DNA of 63,998 bases, the filler included, from Circinaria calcarea (lineage: Eukaryota), in NCBI GenBank assembly GCA_051942165.1. It is 4 parts of 4 records of this genome, joined end to end, with 100 filler letters (N's around TTAATTAATTAA, not from the genome) between each part and the next. Parts side by side here need not be neighbours in the genome. Positions count along the whole stretch, not along the records: positions 32,275 to 48,288 come from JAVECS010000339.1; 3 more parts are not named here. One strand, 5' to 3'. The notes beneath the pieces are model-generated. The model worked only from the letters and a program-made list of their open reading frames with translations. It searched no databases and was not told where the DNA came from. A program made the position numbers and the translations under genes. Positions 35,012 to 47,821 of this stretch are shown here, one piece after another. The stretch's first letter is position 1, and each line of letters begins with the position of its first letter.

Positions 35012-36885
35012 CTACGAAGCACATGTGTTACTTTTGCGAGGCGTTAGCCGCGCCACTGGTCCCGACTCGAGGCTTATGAACGAATCGAACTGATTCAGTA
35101 AAACCTGACCTCAATCCCCGGGAGACTGTTATAGGCCTTCCCACCAAGCTTCCCACTATCTCCGATACTCTCAATGTCGAAGTCATAGAGGACTCTCGCG
35201 AGTATGTATGTTATCTCCCTCACCGCCAAACGTTTCCCAATGCACTGTCTCGGGCCCATCGAAAATGGAAAGAACACAGAACGAGCCCTTTTGATAGTTT
35301 CCATAGTGTACGTGCCCTCAGATCCCGCAATCCAACATTCGGGAATAAAGTTGTGAAGCTTCTCGAAATAGCGTGGATTACGGAATATAGTAAGATTGGG
35401 GACTCCAATAGACACACCCTGGGATACGACTTTGTCACCAATCTTGATGCCGCCGGGATCGACAAGTCGAGGGATAGGCGCTAGTATAGGAGGACTGAGC
35501 CTCATGGCCTCGTCCAAGCAAGCACAAAGGTACTGGCATTTATAAGCTAGAGAAGGCAGGATATCGTCGGCTGTTGGAAAGTTGTCCGATAGTTCTTTTC
35601 GAATTTTGAGGAGAGCAGACTTATGGTGAACAAGATAGAATAAGATGGCATTGATGGCTGTGGATCCAGTATCACTACCTGTGCAGGTTGTAACTTTAGC
35701 ATTGTTCGCATAAATAAAGTTATGGGGGCTTATGGACCAGCTAACATGAGCAGTACGCCTTCGCCAAGCAGTTCATCATCGGTATTGAATCAGTCTTGTC
35801 GTCACGGGATTCAAGCAAAAGTTTAAGGATGTCTTGATAACCTATGCCTGGGGGATCCTCTTTTCGATTGTATTGGTTGAGGAGTCGAAATGTATGGACT
35901 TTGGCAAAGCTGGCGAGGTCATTGCTAGCTTTGAACAGCTGGGGGAAGAAGAGGCGATCAAGCCGAAGGTATTTTAAAAATGGTTCTTGTCCGATCTAAC
36001 ATATTAGGAAGTTGTTTTGTCATGGAGAAGTCGGCGATCGACATACCATGTGAATACGAAGCGCCCGCTTGTGAATCTGGTCCATGGCCTCGTCGCCTTT
36101 GCCTGCAACGAATCCAAAGGCCTCACCGAGGCACAAGCCTCCCAAAATATCAAGCATAATGCAGAAAGACTCATAGGCCATGTTGAACTCCTTTATTATA
36201 TGTGAGTTTTTGGTTGATTGATCTCCATGTAATTTGCTGCAGAACTCGATGACCTTTTCAGAAATAAACGCATCATAAGCTGGCAAAACGGATTCCGAGA
36301 ACGCCTTTGCCATTATCCTCCTTTCCGTGGGTGGGCCTCTTTCGAAGTTGTGTTGAACGTATTGACAGCGTGTTTGCTCACTCGAAAGGCGGAGTAAAAG
36401 TCTTCTGGTTATGAGTTATTCTTATTAGATCCGTAAATATCTGATATTGTTAGTCAACGTAAATTATTGGCCAGTATCTGTTCTATAGCTCATTACCATT
36501 GAGTGCTTTTGCGTTGTTGATGGATAACTGGTTTGGTGAATAGCGAACATATTCACCTGGTTCAATGAGCAGTGTGTATTGAGCGCTACCGAACCATCTT
36601 ACCATATCGATGGTGTAGCTTGTAGAGGCAATAGTGAAGGTCGCCCTTCCAAGTATGATAAAGGACTGGAAGACCAGAAAGCCTGTACAGCAGAGGCCCC
36701 GGATAATGTCGGAGGGAATGCAGGGTCAACCGATAGAGCAATGTACTGAGTATCTAATACTTGTCATTATATATGTTCACAGAATATTTAGACTTAGGTT
36801 TCGATACCCATAACCATAACACCGCACAAACACAACTTGCCATACGCGAAATAGGAGCATCGTATAACAAAAGTAGGTTTGCCAT
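35012..36885 (-). pseudogene. Cytochrome P450 pseudogene
   Basis: YPGP, (A)GSDT, DEAMRL and FSMGPRQCIG motifs are present, but there is an in-frame TAA at 36409-36411 and frameshifts near 36320, 35790 and 35100. Confidence 0.85.
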
Positions 36886-37469
36886 CAGTGAGAAAACCGC
36901 CTGACTATCTCCCATAGGGTCTTAGTTGGAATGTCTGTCCGGCAAAAGGAGATACGATATATAGAGAAGCCCGAAGACATACTGTACTCCATCCACGGTT
37001 GATATATTTGAGCTAGCTGGGGCTCTTGTGGAATAGGAGAGTACACTCACAAGCCGTGCCTGTTGAAGGCAATGACGAGGTAGTGCACCTACACATCTGC
37101 AGGGTGATATCATCACACGCGGAGTGAAAGATGGCAATAGAGCTATGTAACGGCGGCTCTCCTAAACAAGGCACTTTATCATGCATGCGTGTTTTCAAGG
37201 TTGGTAGCACATTTACAAGGCTGATAATATCTGCAGAAGGACGGTATGCAACTAACTCTCGACACTATGCACAACGACATCATTGTGACGAGGTCCAGAG
37301 GCCACTAATAAACTTGAGTCACTCTGACTGTTCGGGATCCATCACCCGTAGATTCCTGTTTCAAACCATTGTTTACTTAGCCTTGCGGAAATGCACTTTC
37401 AGCACACACCGGGTGTTGAAAAGAGAACCTAATTTCCCATACAACTTAACTTGATACTCTTCACGGGCC

Positions 37470-38495
37470 ATGGCGGGTGAACCTTACCAATTAGGCAGAG
37501 ATTACATCTTCTCAATCAGGTAGGGTAGCTTGTATTCCATATCAGAGATACTGGCTACATCCTCTGGTCTAATTGGGATTACAGGTTGAACCTCCAACAT
37601 TTCCTGTGGAGAGAATCCTTGGGTACTTATTGTATCCCGACATTCCGAAGCCAGAATTACCGCTGAGAATTGCAGACGTCGGTACTGGAACTGGGTAGTA
37701 TTAACCGCCTATACATAATTCCAATTCTGATTGAAGAATAGCTTATGACTTTTCGATCTTGCAAAACATGTTAGCCCGTTATGCCATCTCGACGGATTCG
37801 ATATATCAGAGTCACAGTACCCACCATGGCCTTGGTTACCCACTCATGTCTCCCTCCGAATCGGGGATGCTATGATTGAGCCTCCGCCCATTTTACTTGG
37901 ATAATATGATATAGTTCATATCCGGCTCTTCATATCTCTAGTCAAAGATAACGATGCCAAGTCTTTGCTTAGCCATTGCTATAAACTGCTCAGTAAAGGA
38001 CTGAACCCTCGAAAATGCGACTTAGGTAGCTAGTAGTCGAGCAGAGCCAGGTGGTCACCTTCATTGGGAAGAATTTGATATTTGTTCACAGGAAGTTGTC
38101 GCCGCTACCGCCTCTGGTCCTACCATACAAACCACAGACCTCTCAAACTACATGAAAAGTAACAAGAATCTAGAGTAGGTCTTTTTGACGCGGCTGGTAT
38201 TGACTTTTATTAACGTTTATAGATGGGTTTCTAGACTTCCAACTATATTCCAAGAATATGGTTTCGAGGAAGTGAAGGTGGATACTCCACGCGAGAAACC
38301 CGAGCTGAGGAAAATTTTCATGGACCTCACGATTCTTCGCGTACAAGAAAGGACTGCGGCCTTTTCGATAAAAGGGTTGATACTAGTTCAGGCGATGCGC
38401 ATCGGGAACGAGCCCGAAAAGCTCTCGAAGAAGCGGAACAGGGAACTGCGATATCAGAAATCTGTCAGGTGGTAGTGGGAAGGAAACCAAGATAA
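37470..38495 (+). pseudogene. SAM-dependent methyltransferase pseudogene (LaeA-like class)
   Basis: RLNLQHFLW..RIADVGTGTG..LDGFDISESQYP..YDIVHIRLF..PGGHLHWEE..VVVGRKPR*. Frameshift ~37620, TGA 37746-37748 in place of Trp, TAA 37902-37904. Confidence 0.85.
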
Positions 38496-38704
38496 ACTGT
38501 TAAGACTGCAGGATGCTAGATGCGTTGGAAGAGGCGCGGAAGACGGCAAACGACCAAAAGCATTGGTTGAAAACCCCTTCCATACACGGGCAAAGACAAT
38601 GGAACTTCTGGTGGATAAGCTATATGATAGCGACCTTCCGCAGTTACCATAATCGTAATAACAGCCACCTTCCGCTAACAGAAGGTTAAGCACAAGATTA
38701 TTTG

Positions 38705-38765
38705 GGGGTGGGGTATGAAATTGCAAATTTGAAAAACTTTCGGGGTATGAAATTACAATTTTTCC
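38705..38765. mobile_element. Possible solo terminal inverted repeat of a Mutator-like element
   Basis: Direct subrepeat GGGGTATGAAATT(G/A)CAA at 38710-38726 and 38742-38758 ending in TTTTTCC; reads GGAAAAATTGTAATTTCATACCCC on the minus strand. No partner end found. Confidence 0.4.
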
Positions 38766-39306
38766 GTGGAATTATAGAGAATCCTACTCGTTCGCATTGA
38801 TGTTAATGTCATTCGCAGTATGCCATGATTGCACTCTCCAACCAGAATATCGGACGCTTCTAGCCAAGGGAGGCTGTGGAGTGGAAAACAATCTGCACCT
38901 TTTTATTCGAAAAGGGGCTCGTGGTCTCGGGGTGGGTTCGAGGTGGTTTTGAGATGAGGATAAGGGGGCGGATGGAATCAGCCCCAGGCTGTTTATGATC
39001 GGGTGATATACAATTCCCGGGGGTATTACTAATCTGCCTGACGTTCTGCATCGGGTGGGAGGTTATGCTGCACCCTCCTATCGAAAGGGGCTAAGCACTC
39101 TTGGATGTACTTTTCAGCCAGGTTGGAATTTTTTAGGCCTCTATCGAATGGGCGTGTGTTTTCCACCTAGTTGTACTTTGAGCGTACTTGCTGCTCTCTG
39201 CGACTCGGGCCCAATCCACCCATGTAGAATCTTCGTGTTAATCCACCTGATTCCCGGTTTTCTTACACCCTTTGACCTGGGCCTCGCTCACTTAGGTCGT
39301 AAGTTC

Positions 39307-40333
39307 CTAACCTAAAAGTACCCCACTCTCGCTCTCACAAAGCTTCTTCATCACCTTCATCGTCACTATCCCCGCTGCATGACCCCCCACCATCACACCC
39401 ACTTTCGACAGCTTCAACACCTGCCACCGAGTTGAGAATTTTCTCGTCCTTTGCTGCACCCCGACGATCGTTTGCGTCAGAACCAGAACCATAGCATTAG
39501 AGACCATAAGGGGAATGATAATGTGCTCGCGAGAATTACTTGAGTCGCAGAAGGGGGAGATGGGATGATGGAGACTTGGGGTTGTTGTGGGCATTGCAGG
39601 AGCCGGCTTCATAGTTTCGACGCGAGGAGGAGGACAATCTGCTGGAGTCTCTGTAAAGAATCTGGCCCCGATTTTCCGAACAAAGAACTCGAACCAGCAC
39701 CAAAAGTAGATGCATCCGACGATGAGTAGGAATAGGCCGATGATTAGGCCGATGATTAGGAGGGCGACGAAGCTGATGTATCCGAGGAGATCGAAGAGTT
39801 CTCCTTGTTATTCTTTAGTTATTGCAACATTGGGATACCAAATATGAAGCTGTATACTAACCCCAAGTTACAAAAGATCGTGCTGCTGATATTTGTGTCT
39901 TTGCTAAAACAAAAGGTGTCGTCGGAGGTATCGATGGTGTATTTTCTGCTCCTTCTCCTTCGTCTGCGGCCTCCGAAGTCCCGTTGAAGTCAGGTGTAAC
40001 ACGGCTTCTTTCATTCCCCTGGGTAGAAGAAGATCCATCACTCACTCTAGATGCAGATGTGAGAACGTAATGTTCATCTCTAGCTACCGGGACTGAAGGA
40101 AGAATGGTGGAGGGACGGGAGGAAAAAGAGCTAGACGGCTGAGTGGATGGAGTAGTTGGAACACGAATGGGACTAGGGCCAAAAGACTGAATAGAGGGAC
40201 CGGTGGAGGAGCGAGCTGAAAAAGTGCCAGGAGGCTGAGTGGTAGAGGGACGTGTAACAAAAGATTGAGAAGGCTCAGCGGTCGGATGACGGGAATTCCT
40301 GCTGCTGAAGCTCATCTGCTGATTGAAACCCAT
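39307..40333 (-). CDS. Hypothetical membrane protein, Ser/Pro/Thr-rich N-terminus, 2 exons
   Basis: Intron 39804-39861 (GTTAGT..AAG) joins ORF 39857-40333 in frame to an exon encoding LLGYISFVALLIIGLIIGLFLLIVGCIYFWCWF and ORF 39307-39612. Confidence 0.55.
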
Positions 40334-41217
40334 GCTGAAGGAACTTTGGTGAAATGGACAGAGGAGGGAATGAGGTGAAGTAATTTTGTGTGAAAAAGTT
40401 GACGGTTGTGCTGAGGATGGCAGCGTTCGTATGATGATGTAAATCTATGAATGTGTTGGTTTAGTTATCTTTCGGTTATTGTAGGGCACAAAGTTCAACC
40501 GGACCCTAAAGCCAAACTTTTGGCCGAGGAAGTAGCGCAGATCCATATAGCCGAAGGATTCACGGAGCTAAAGGGAGAGAGGGGAGAAGGCAAAGGTGGG
40601 AGAAGGGAAGATATCGAATATCAGGCTTCTTGTTACGCATGCTGCTGGTATTGGCGAGAAGGAGTGAATGCTTCTCCCCCACAAAGATTCTCCAAGCTTA
40701 AGATGAACTGTTACGCTTAAGCTCAAGTTGTTCAAGGTTTAGGCTTGGTAGATAGTGGGTGAGGGAGGGAGGAGAGTTAAAAGGAGTAGATGGATATCGA
40801 ACGGGATCGAAGGGTTGAAGTAGGAAGGGCTAGTGATAGTCATGGAGAAGATGAGGAGATCTGACTTTACGTAGATTTGGGATGGAAAGGGCGTGGTTGC
40901 ATGAAATTTGGTGTAGCATGTATCCAGTAATATAAACAGCAACAATAGCACAACTCGCTCCCCTCCGGCCGCATTGTCTCATTTTCGGAAATTGTTGCCG
41001 TTGCTATAGGAAGACAGGTGATGGATATCATAGTAGCTGTAATTGTGCTCCGAAAAGGAGAGGCAGATATAGGTCTATAACTATGCTCTAGCGATAGATT
41101 GACGACGATCCTAATTTCATTGTTCTTCCTTCAGGCCCCTGGTTTCCGATGAGGCTGTACCGTGTATAGCCACCCTATTCCTTCCTGGATTTCTGATGCA
41201 TTCGGATAATCCGGTGA

Positions 41218-41718
41218 CTACCACTTCTTCGTAAGCCGCTTATCGTCCAGACGTGTTCCACTCAAACACATTTCATCTCTCAAACCTGCCACAAACTTGA
41301 CCAAGAAAGCACCAACACCGAGTCCTATTAACACAACTACGGCAGCGGTTACTGGGCGCTTCTGCGCTCGCATATCGTCGTATGCTTGCTTCAACGCCAG
41401 AAGACAGATTGCGATGAATGGTCCGAGAAGTGCATTGTGGGAGAAGCTGTGTGGATCGCAGTACGGAGAAAGGGGATGGCGTTGCGGGAGAGTAATTACG
41501 TGGATCGAAGCGCCCGCCATCTACATGATGTTAGTGACACGAAGGTGAAGGAGGGTAGGTGGTGGGACGATAAGACAGAGAATGCAGCAGCCGATAACGA
41601 GGCATGTCTCCTCGAAAGCTTTATCCCGTTGCTCGAGTCCTGTCTGCTCTTGTTGCGTCGATCGATACGGATTCGGATTGGCTGAACTGGCACGGGCTGG
41701 AATAGACGTAGAAGCCAT
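41218..41718 (-). CDS. Small hypothetical membrane protein, probably 2 exons
   Basis: Two in-frame ORFs separated by CTAAC..TAG (branch point/acceptor at 41521); three hydrophobic stretches. Donor uncertain. Confidence 0.4.
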
Positions 41719-43405
41719 TCTGGACGCTCATTTAAATAAAGAACGAGGAATAGGCAAGAGGGACTTTTGCAGAATAAGTAATCGAACTTGGATAGATTGA
41801 TCGGGGTAGTGACCAGGATTGAGGGCGACTCCTAACTTAAAGCAATGAACATTTCGACTTGAACAGGCACAGTATTTAAATATCTTGTAGTCGCCTTGAA
41901 GTAATTCTCCACGAAACTCGAGCTACCGAAAACTGAAATCTATGGTCGGACCATTCTTGCGGATCTCGAACCATGTGACCATCAGTAGGTGAAAGTAAAA
42001 TTGGTATCAAACTTTGACTGATTGCTGATTGATGGCATCTATGTACGTAGTTTCTTGTCTAGGTAGGTGGCTGCAACTTCGGCATTGGACATTAATGTCC
42101 CCGGTTCCTACCTTCTTTCCGCTCGTATTCTGCCCCACTATCGTGGACGTAGGTAACCGAATGCCACATTAGCCATAGGACATCACAAAGTGAACGGAAG
42201 CTATCGATGATGAAATCTAGTATGCCATTGTAGGCAATCGAAATCGATATGAGAGATTGTACACCAGGGAAAGGGGCCAAGGATACATACATCTAACGAT
42301 TTTAAAAACGAACAGGAGAATAAAGCTCGTAGAAAATAAATATGAAAGGCATGCGGTCGAGTATAAGTATTGTATGAAGGAATACAAGTTCAAGTGTCGA
42401 TGGTCCTGAAAATAACATCTCAGTTGAGTCTGCTACTCAAGCTAAATCACTGAGTTGGCACATCAGCTTTCCAACCAAGCCTGGCAAGATACTTCTAAGT
42501 CGATGGCAGTGGGTCCAGTTTCAGGGCGGTAGGAAGTGAACCTTAATGAAAAAGAGAGGTGTTTCCCTACGGGAAGGCACTATGTTCGAGCCATGGAGGA
42601 CGACCCAGCGGAAGTCTGTTCCTCTTTTCTTTAGACCGAGAAGGGAGGCAGAAGGTTACTTCTGACCCTCTCTCGCGCCTTGCCCTTACTTGTCACTCAC
42701 CCTCAGTAGAGATTTCTGGCGCAGTGCAGTTCTCCTGTTTTGGCGGCTCTGCCAGCGCAGAAGTCATCGTGTGTATTTGGGCTGATGGAGGAGTTTCTAG
42801 TGCCTACAACCATGCCGAGCTTGATGACTCAGAGCAGAGGATAACAACCAATTAGTTAGGCAATCGAATTATTGAGAAGATTTATTGTCCATAGACGATA
42901 TCATATGGTAGCTGAGCTTCAGCGTACTCGACGATTACACCACCCGCCTGTACCCTCACCACCAAATTTAACCCCCCACACTTGTGATTCTCGACCACAC
43001 AATTATCTTCCCACAGCCAGAAAGGTATCAGAGCAAAGGACCCAAACAATTTGATCAAATCAGCCCGGATGAACCTTCGGTTCAAACAACCTACATCAAC
43101 GAGCGCCTGGTCTGGTTTGGTAACTTCTGTCGTTGTCAATGCTGCACTCCTGTTTGTGGAATTTGCAGTCGTGATACAGCCATGTATGTATGTATTTTAG
43201 GCCTGAGGCCGGGACACGGGGCCAGATCCCCGAGATTTTACTGGCTGTCCACCAACGTCATCGCAACCAACAAGTCTTTTGGCGACGATGGAATTGATGG
43301 CAAATCCTCAAGGGCCAGTTATGCAGGAGAAGCCTTTGAATTTCGAGTAACTTATATCTTGGCGTATGAACCATAGCTTTTAGTAGTCTCACACCTTACG
43401 CCACT

Positions 43406-44557
43406 ATGGCCAAGTTCATGGTGGCTCGCCACTCGAAGAGTGCACCTGCCCCTGATGCTCTGCCTGCGGGAGAAAAGATTCATTACTGCCATACCTGTGG
43501 ACGCGCCATGTGTGAGTCTTACGATCTTCTCTCCCCCAAAACGTCTTTGCTACGATCTTCGAATGTCTTGGTGTTACAAGGGCCTTCATGGACTTGCCTT
43601 CGGCGCACGCCAATCCTGAAATTACATTCACTCGCTCATGCTACTTCCCTATTGTATGTTGGACTCTGATACCCTGTGGCATGATCTCGTTCGCGTGCTC
43701 TACCAGTAATCTGTTACCCGAAAGTCTGCACCTGGCTGTTTCAATCAGAAATTGATCTCCGTGCGTTTTTGAACAGCTCCCAACAAATCCAATCAAAAGA
43801 AATCTCAGACACCCGTCAAGTACTGTTCGGAACGATGTCGACAGCACAAGCCCAAGAATAATGGTATCGAGCAAAAGATCGAGAGCGTGTTCGTCGAGCT
43901 ACTCTCTCAGGAGGTAACGAGCACAGGCGAGAAGGCAAAGCTAAAGAAAGGCGATAGGGGCCGGAGAGTCGTATTGTGTTCAGAAGCCGAGGAGGTTGTC
44001 TTTGATCGCGTAGGGCTACGTGGAGAAAAAATGACTGGAAGGGAGCGAAAGATGAGGGAGAAGAGAGCCAAGTTGGCGGGAGAAAGCGAGACAAACAATG
44101 GGGAGATGGCGACGGATGAGGGCTCGGTAGGGGGAGATACAGATATCAATGGCGACCCCGACGTAGACGGAGTTGAGGAACACGGTAATTAGTACAGCCA
44201 CCTCAGTTTGGGGCGCGTGTCTAATTGATCTTTAAAAAAGCAGAAGACAGACCGGGTTCAGCCACTGTTGCTCCTGGCACAGTACCTTCCAACTTACTCG
44301 AAATCAGCACCGAAGAAACTGCTCGACGCGAAGGACTGCAACGGGCCAAGGAGAGGGAGCTAGTCAAGCAAGCTGCCAGGAGAGGGGTAGCATTCGGGTT
44401 TCTAGTTGGTGAGGTCCCAGAGCAAGATAAGACTGGTGACAACAAACATGACGTGGCCCAAATCAGGAGGAGAGTAGAGCCTGTGCTGAATGGAAAGATT
44501 GTCGATGTGAGCACGGTAAAGGGGGAATGGGGAATCCGGTGGGTAGAAGGAGAGTGA
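43406..44557 (+). CDS. Conserved fungal hypothetical protein with CxxC..YCSxRC zinc-binding motif (DUF2256-like), 3 exons
   Basis: YCHTCGRAM | intron 43512-43776 | VKYCSERCRQHKP..IESVFVELL; C-terminal ERELVKQAARRGVAFG..GKIVDVSTVKGEWGIRW. Confidence 0.75.
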
Positions 44558-45590
44558 AATTGATGTTACTAATGCATTTCGCTCTGGGCACACCGGAGGT
44601 ACCAGTAGATGGTTTTAAGTGGAAGATATCTCGAATAGTAGAGATGGCCCGGATGAGGGCTTGATGTGGGGACGAGGCAAGACTAGGGGACAAGTTGCAG
44701 ATCCGTATACATGAAATCTTGCATTGTCGATCAACCAGTAAAGGCGAGGCATCTGGCACCAGAGTTGCTGATTTGATGGGATAGATCGATGCGGAGAAAG
44801 CTCGCGCTACTGCAAGGCTGCGAGATTTCGCGCTTTACCTAAAGAACGCATCGGAGCATCTCGGCCCTCAATGTCCTCGCAACTTTTATATTCATGTCTC
44901 CAATATCACATATCTTCATGACGACCGGTTGCATCAAATCTAACGCGGGTGCTGATGCTTTGCTCTGCTTGCATCATAGCGTCGTTAGTGGAATGGGGGA
45001 GACGATCTCTCCGCAGCTGGAAAATGCGTCTGATATCATCTATTCTGTACATCTACGCCATTCCCCACAACTGTCGTCGAATAAGGGCCAGATCATAAGC
45101 TCTCACTCGAGTTTTCCTCTATAGGTTGGAGCGCCTATATGCAAGTTTACAGCCATAGGGTATGAATCTGCAATAGCAGATCAGACTCGCAGATCATTGC
45201 ACGTTCTGTTCGGTGTTCAACATGCGGTCTTCAAGCTAGAAGACCTGAAAATGATCAAGCAAGCACCTCACGTCTGCTTCATTACCACAGCTTCATGAGA
45301 ATTCACTTTTAGCGTCTGCAGCTTCTGCACTGGAAGCACCCATCTACCAATGTTATATAATAATATCTAGGTATATCGCCATGCGGGTTTAATCGGACTT
45401 TACGTCAATGACTCTCTGTTGGGTGGAAAAAAATTTGTAGCATGATTGCCGATATCCGGCGGGAAAGCTATGATGAACTTTATTATAAGACTCGACCCAG
45501 CGCCCCTCCGCTCAGAGAGAACGCAGTCCACTTTCGATCCCGAACAAAGTATATCCGAGAAGCCTCCATTACCGTTAACAACTTATAAAA

Positions 45591-46267
45591 ATGTATTCCC
45601 GGCTTCGACTCTCCTCCTTTCTCCTCCTCCTCACCACCTTCCGCCCTGGTACCGCCCAAACCGACCCATCCCCCATCGCCCTCATCCGCAACACCCTCAA
45701 CCTCTACGCCGACCTTATCTCCTTTGACAACTACGCCAACCTCAGCGCTGTCTTCACCCCCGACGCCTCCTTCAACTCGGCCACCACCCTCACCACCAAA
45801 ACCCCCTTCTCCATCTTCGGCCTCCCCGCCATCCAAACTTTTATTGCCAGTCAACTGGCCAACTTCACCAGCCGCCACTACGACGCGGATCAGGTTGTGG
45901 CAGTGGGCCCGCTCAACGACACCGCCGATGCGTTTTCCCAAGAGCAGTCGGTGTATTTTGGACAAGAAGGAGGGCAATTGGGGAACGGGCGGCTAACGGG
46001 CAAGATTTGCACGGCGTATAGTGAGTTTCAGGATAAGCTTGTGCTGCAGCAGGACGGGAAGTGGTTAATTAGTAATCGGACGGTGTTTGTTACGGTATCC
46101 CCCCTCTTTCTTTCCTCCCCCTTTCTCTCTGTTTCCTTCGGTGCGTCGAGCACGAGATGGAGGACTAAACTAATTGGGATGTCTGCTAGGCTTTCATCGG
46201 AGATCCTGACTTGTGCGCCGATGCGATGAACGCGGGCCGGAATGGAACGGCGATGTCAAATCACTAA
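45591..46267 (+). CDS. Secreted SnoaL-like (NTF2-fold) protein, 2 exons
   Basis: Signal peptide; IRNTLNLYA..LSAVFTPDA..GLPAIQ..SRH..YSEFQDKLV..GKWLISNR. Intron 46095-46189. Confidence 0.75.
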
Positions 46268-47821
46268 TCTCGAGGGCCGAGTTGTGAAGTCTTGCGCATC
46301 TGCTTCGTTTCACTGAGCAGATGGGGGGCTCTTTTTCTTTTTCGGTATCAGAATTCCATAGGATTTGGCATTTCATTCCTTACAAACGAAAAGAAACATG
46401 AGCAGTGATTTTGTTCTGGGAAATGGGGGTGTGTAAGAGTATGGAGCACAATTTCACTAGACAGGTCCAAGCGTTTCAGGCGCAAAAGTCTCCAATGACT
46501 TTTTGCTCTCTACACACTTGGTGCAGATGGCTTCCCTCGTCCTTTTCCTTGTGGGGGGTTATCTCCCTTGTAGCTTTCGTTCCCGGGAAAAAAACAGATA
46601 GGAATTTCAGAAGAAAATCAAAGTCCTTGGAACAGAGCCGCTAGTGTTTTGGACCTACAATGGATTACTAGTAATCTTTCCCTGCCTCCCTGCCCTCCGC
46701 CCCATTTTCCCTTTACCGAAACCCCCAAGCCCAAAGACCCACCAGCTATCATCACCCTCACCCTTCACCAAACCCTCATCCCATCAAACCCACTTCTCAG
46801 CGAGTCAGTGGGATTCCCATATCGCGCCTATGTTTACGTTCACATTTGGACGGACATGTATGTGCGTGTGTTTGCGAGAGGTCCCTCTGGGATCCTGGGG
46901 ACGGGGAAGGTGGAAGAAGTGGAGAGGGGGAGAGGTGAAGGGAGAGAACAAAATGCAACTGACTGCAACTGCCAAACATATTTCCTTTCTTCTGTACTGC
47001 GGTATGATGATTTTCCGTTTTCCGTTTTCCCTTTTCGGCATCTTTTTATCTCTGTCCTCGGCCCCTTTTCTCCTCCTTTTTCCTTTTCTTGTAGATTCCC
47101 CCTCCCTCTCTGCTCTTGCCGTTCCTGTCTTGCTCTCCCTCCATCCTTTGGTTTTTCTTTTTCTTTCCCTCTTTCTTCCTCGCCCCCCTTCATTTTTTCC
47201 AAAGAAAGGGGGAATAACTGGGGGCATAAGAAGCGCTTTCGGTCTCCCTACTTCCCTGCGTGTTGGGAATGTATGTTGGAAATATATGTTGGGAGAGGGG
47301 GAAGGGGAGGAGGCAGAGGAGGCGGAGCGAGTGCGTAAGTGAGTGCGTGAGGGGTGTGTCTCCTGAGTCTGTTGTTTATCAAGTAAGATGGTCTACGGGA
47401 GAAAGGGTATGCAAGGTGAAGAGGTATCCGACGGGAGGTTTCCGGGGGTACGGAAACGGGAACAGGAACGGGGGAACGGGGAACACTCCATTCAACCTTT
47501 TTTCTTATCCGGATATTTTCGAAGGTTGTTTGGGAACAGAAGAAATAAAAATTATATTTAAGATATTTATAAATAATAAAGTACACGCCTACAGAGCATT
47601 CTCCGATAACTAACAGTTTTCTGCGAAACTCTCCTTAATACCTAGATGGCTCCTTTTATATGGAGAGAGAGGTTGCTGACCTTGTTGTGGTTGTGCTACC
47701 GCGAGGCCGTGTACCTTCATATAGGTCATGCTCAAGGCAGATCGGCTGGCGTTGCACAAATACATGGTTCCTTTTAGACTATATGTATTGAACAATCGCA
47801 GGGCGACCATGCCGTTACGAC

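Noticed and set aside
32275..38495. ERG1 plus P450 plus methyltransferase as a sterol/triterpene cluster
   Set aside because: No cyclase or backbone gene is visible, an unrelated GPI-type gene intervenes, and the ERG1 looks like the housekeeping enzyme. It cannot be excluded because the contig ends within ERG1.
43660..43730. Superficial TPP-riboswitch-like words (CTGA-TACCC..TGATCT..CGAAAG) in the long intron
   Set aside because: The core CTGAGA and the TGATC..GATAATACC..GCG arrangement are missing, and the host gene is not thiamine-related.
46644..47342. Overlapping 229-232 aa ORFs
   Set aside because: Low-complexity products of CT/GA tracts with non-ATG starts and no domain features.
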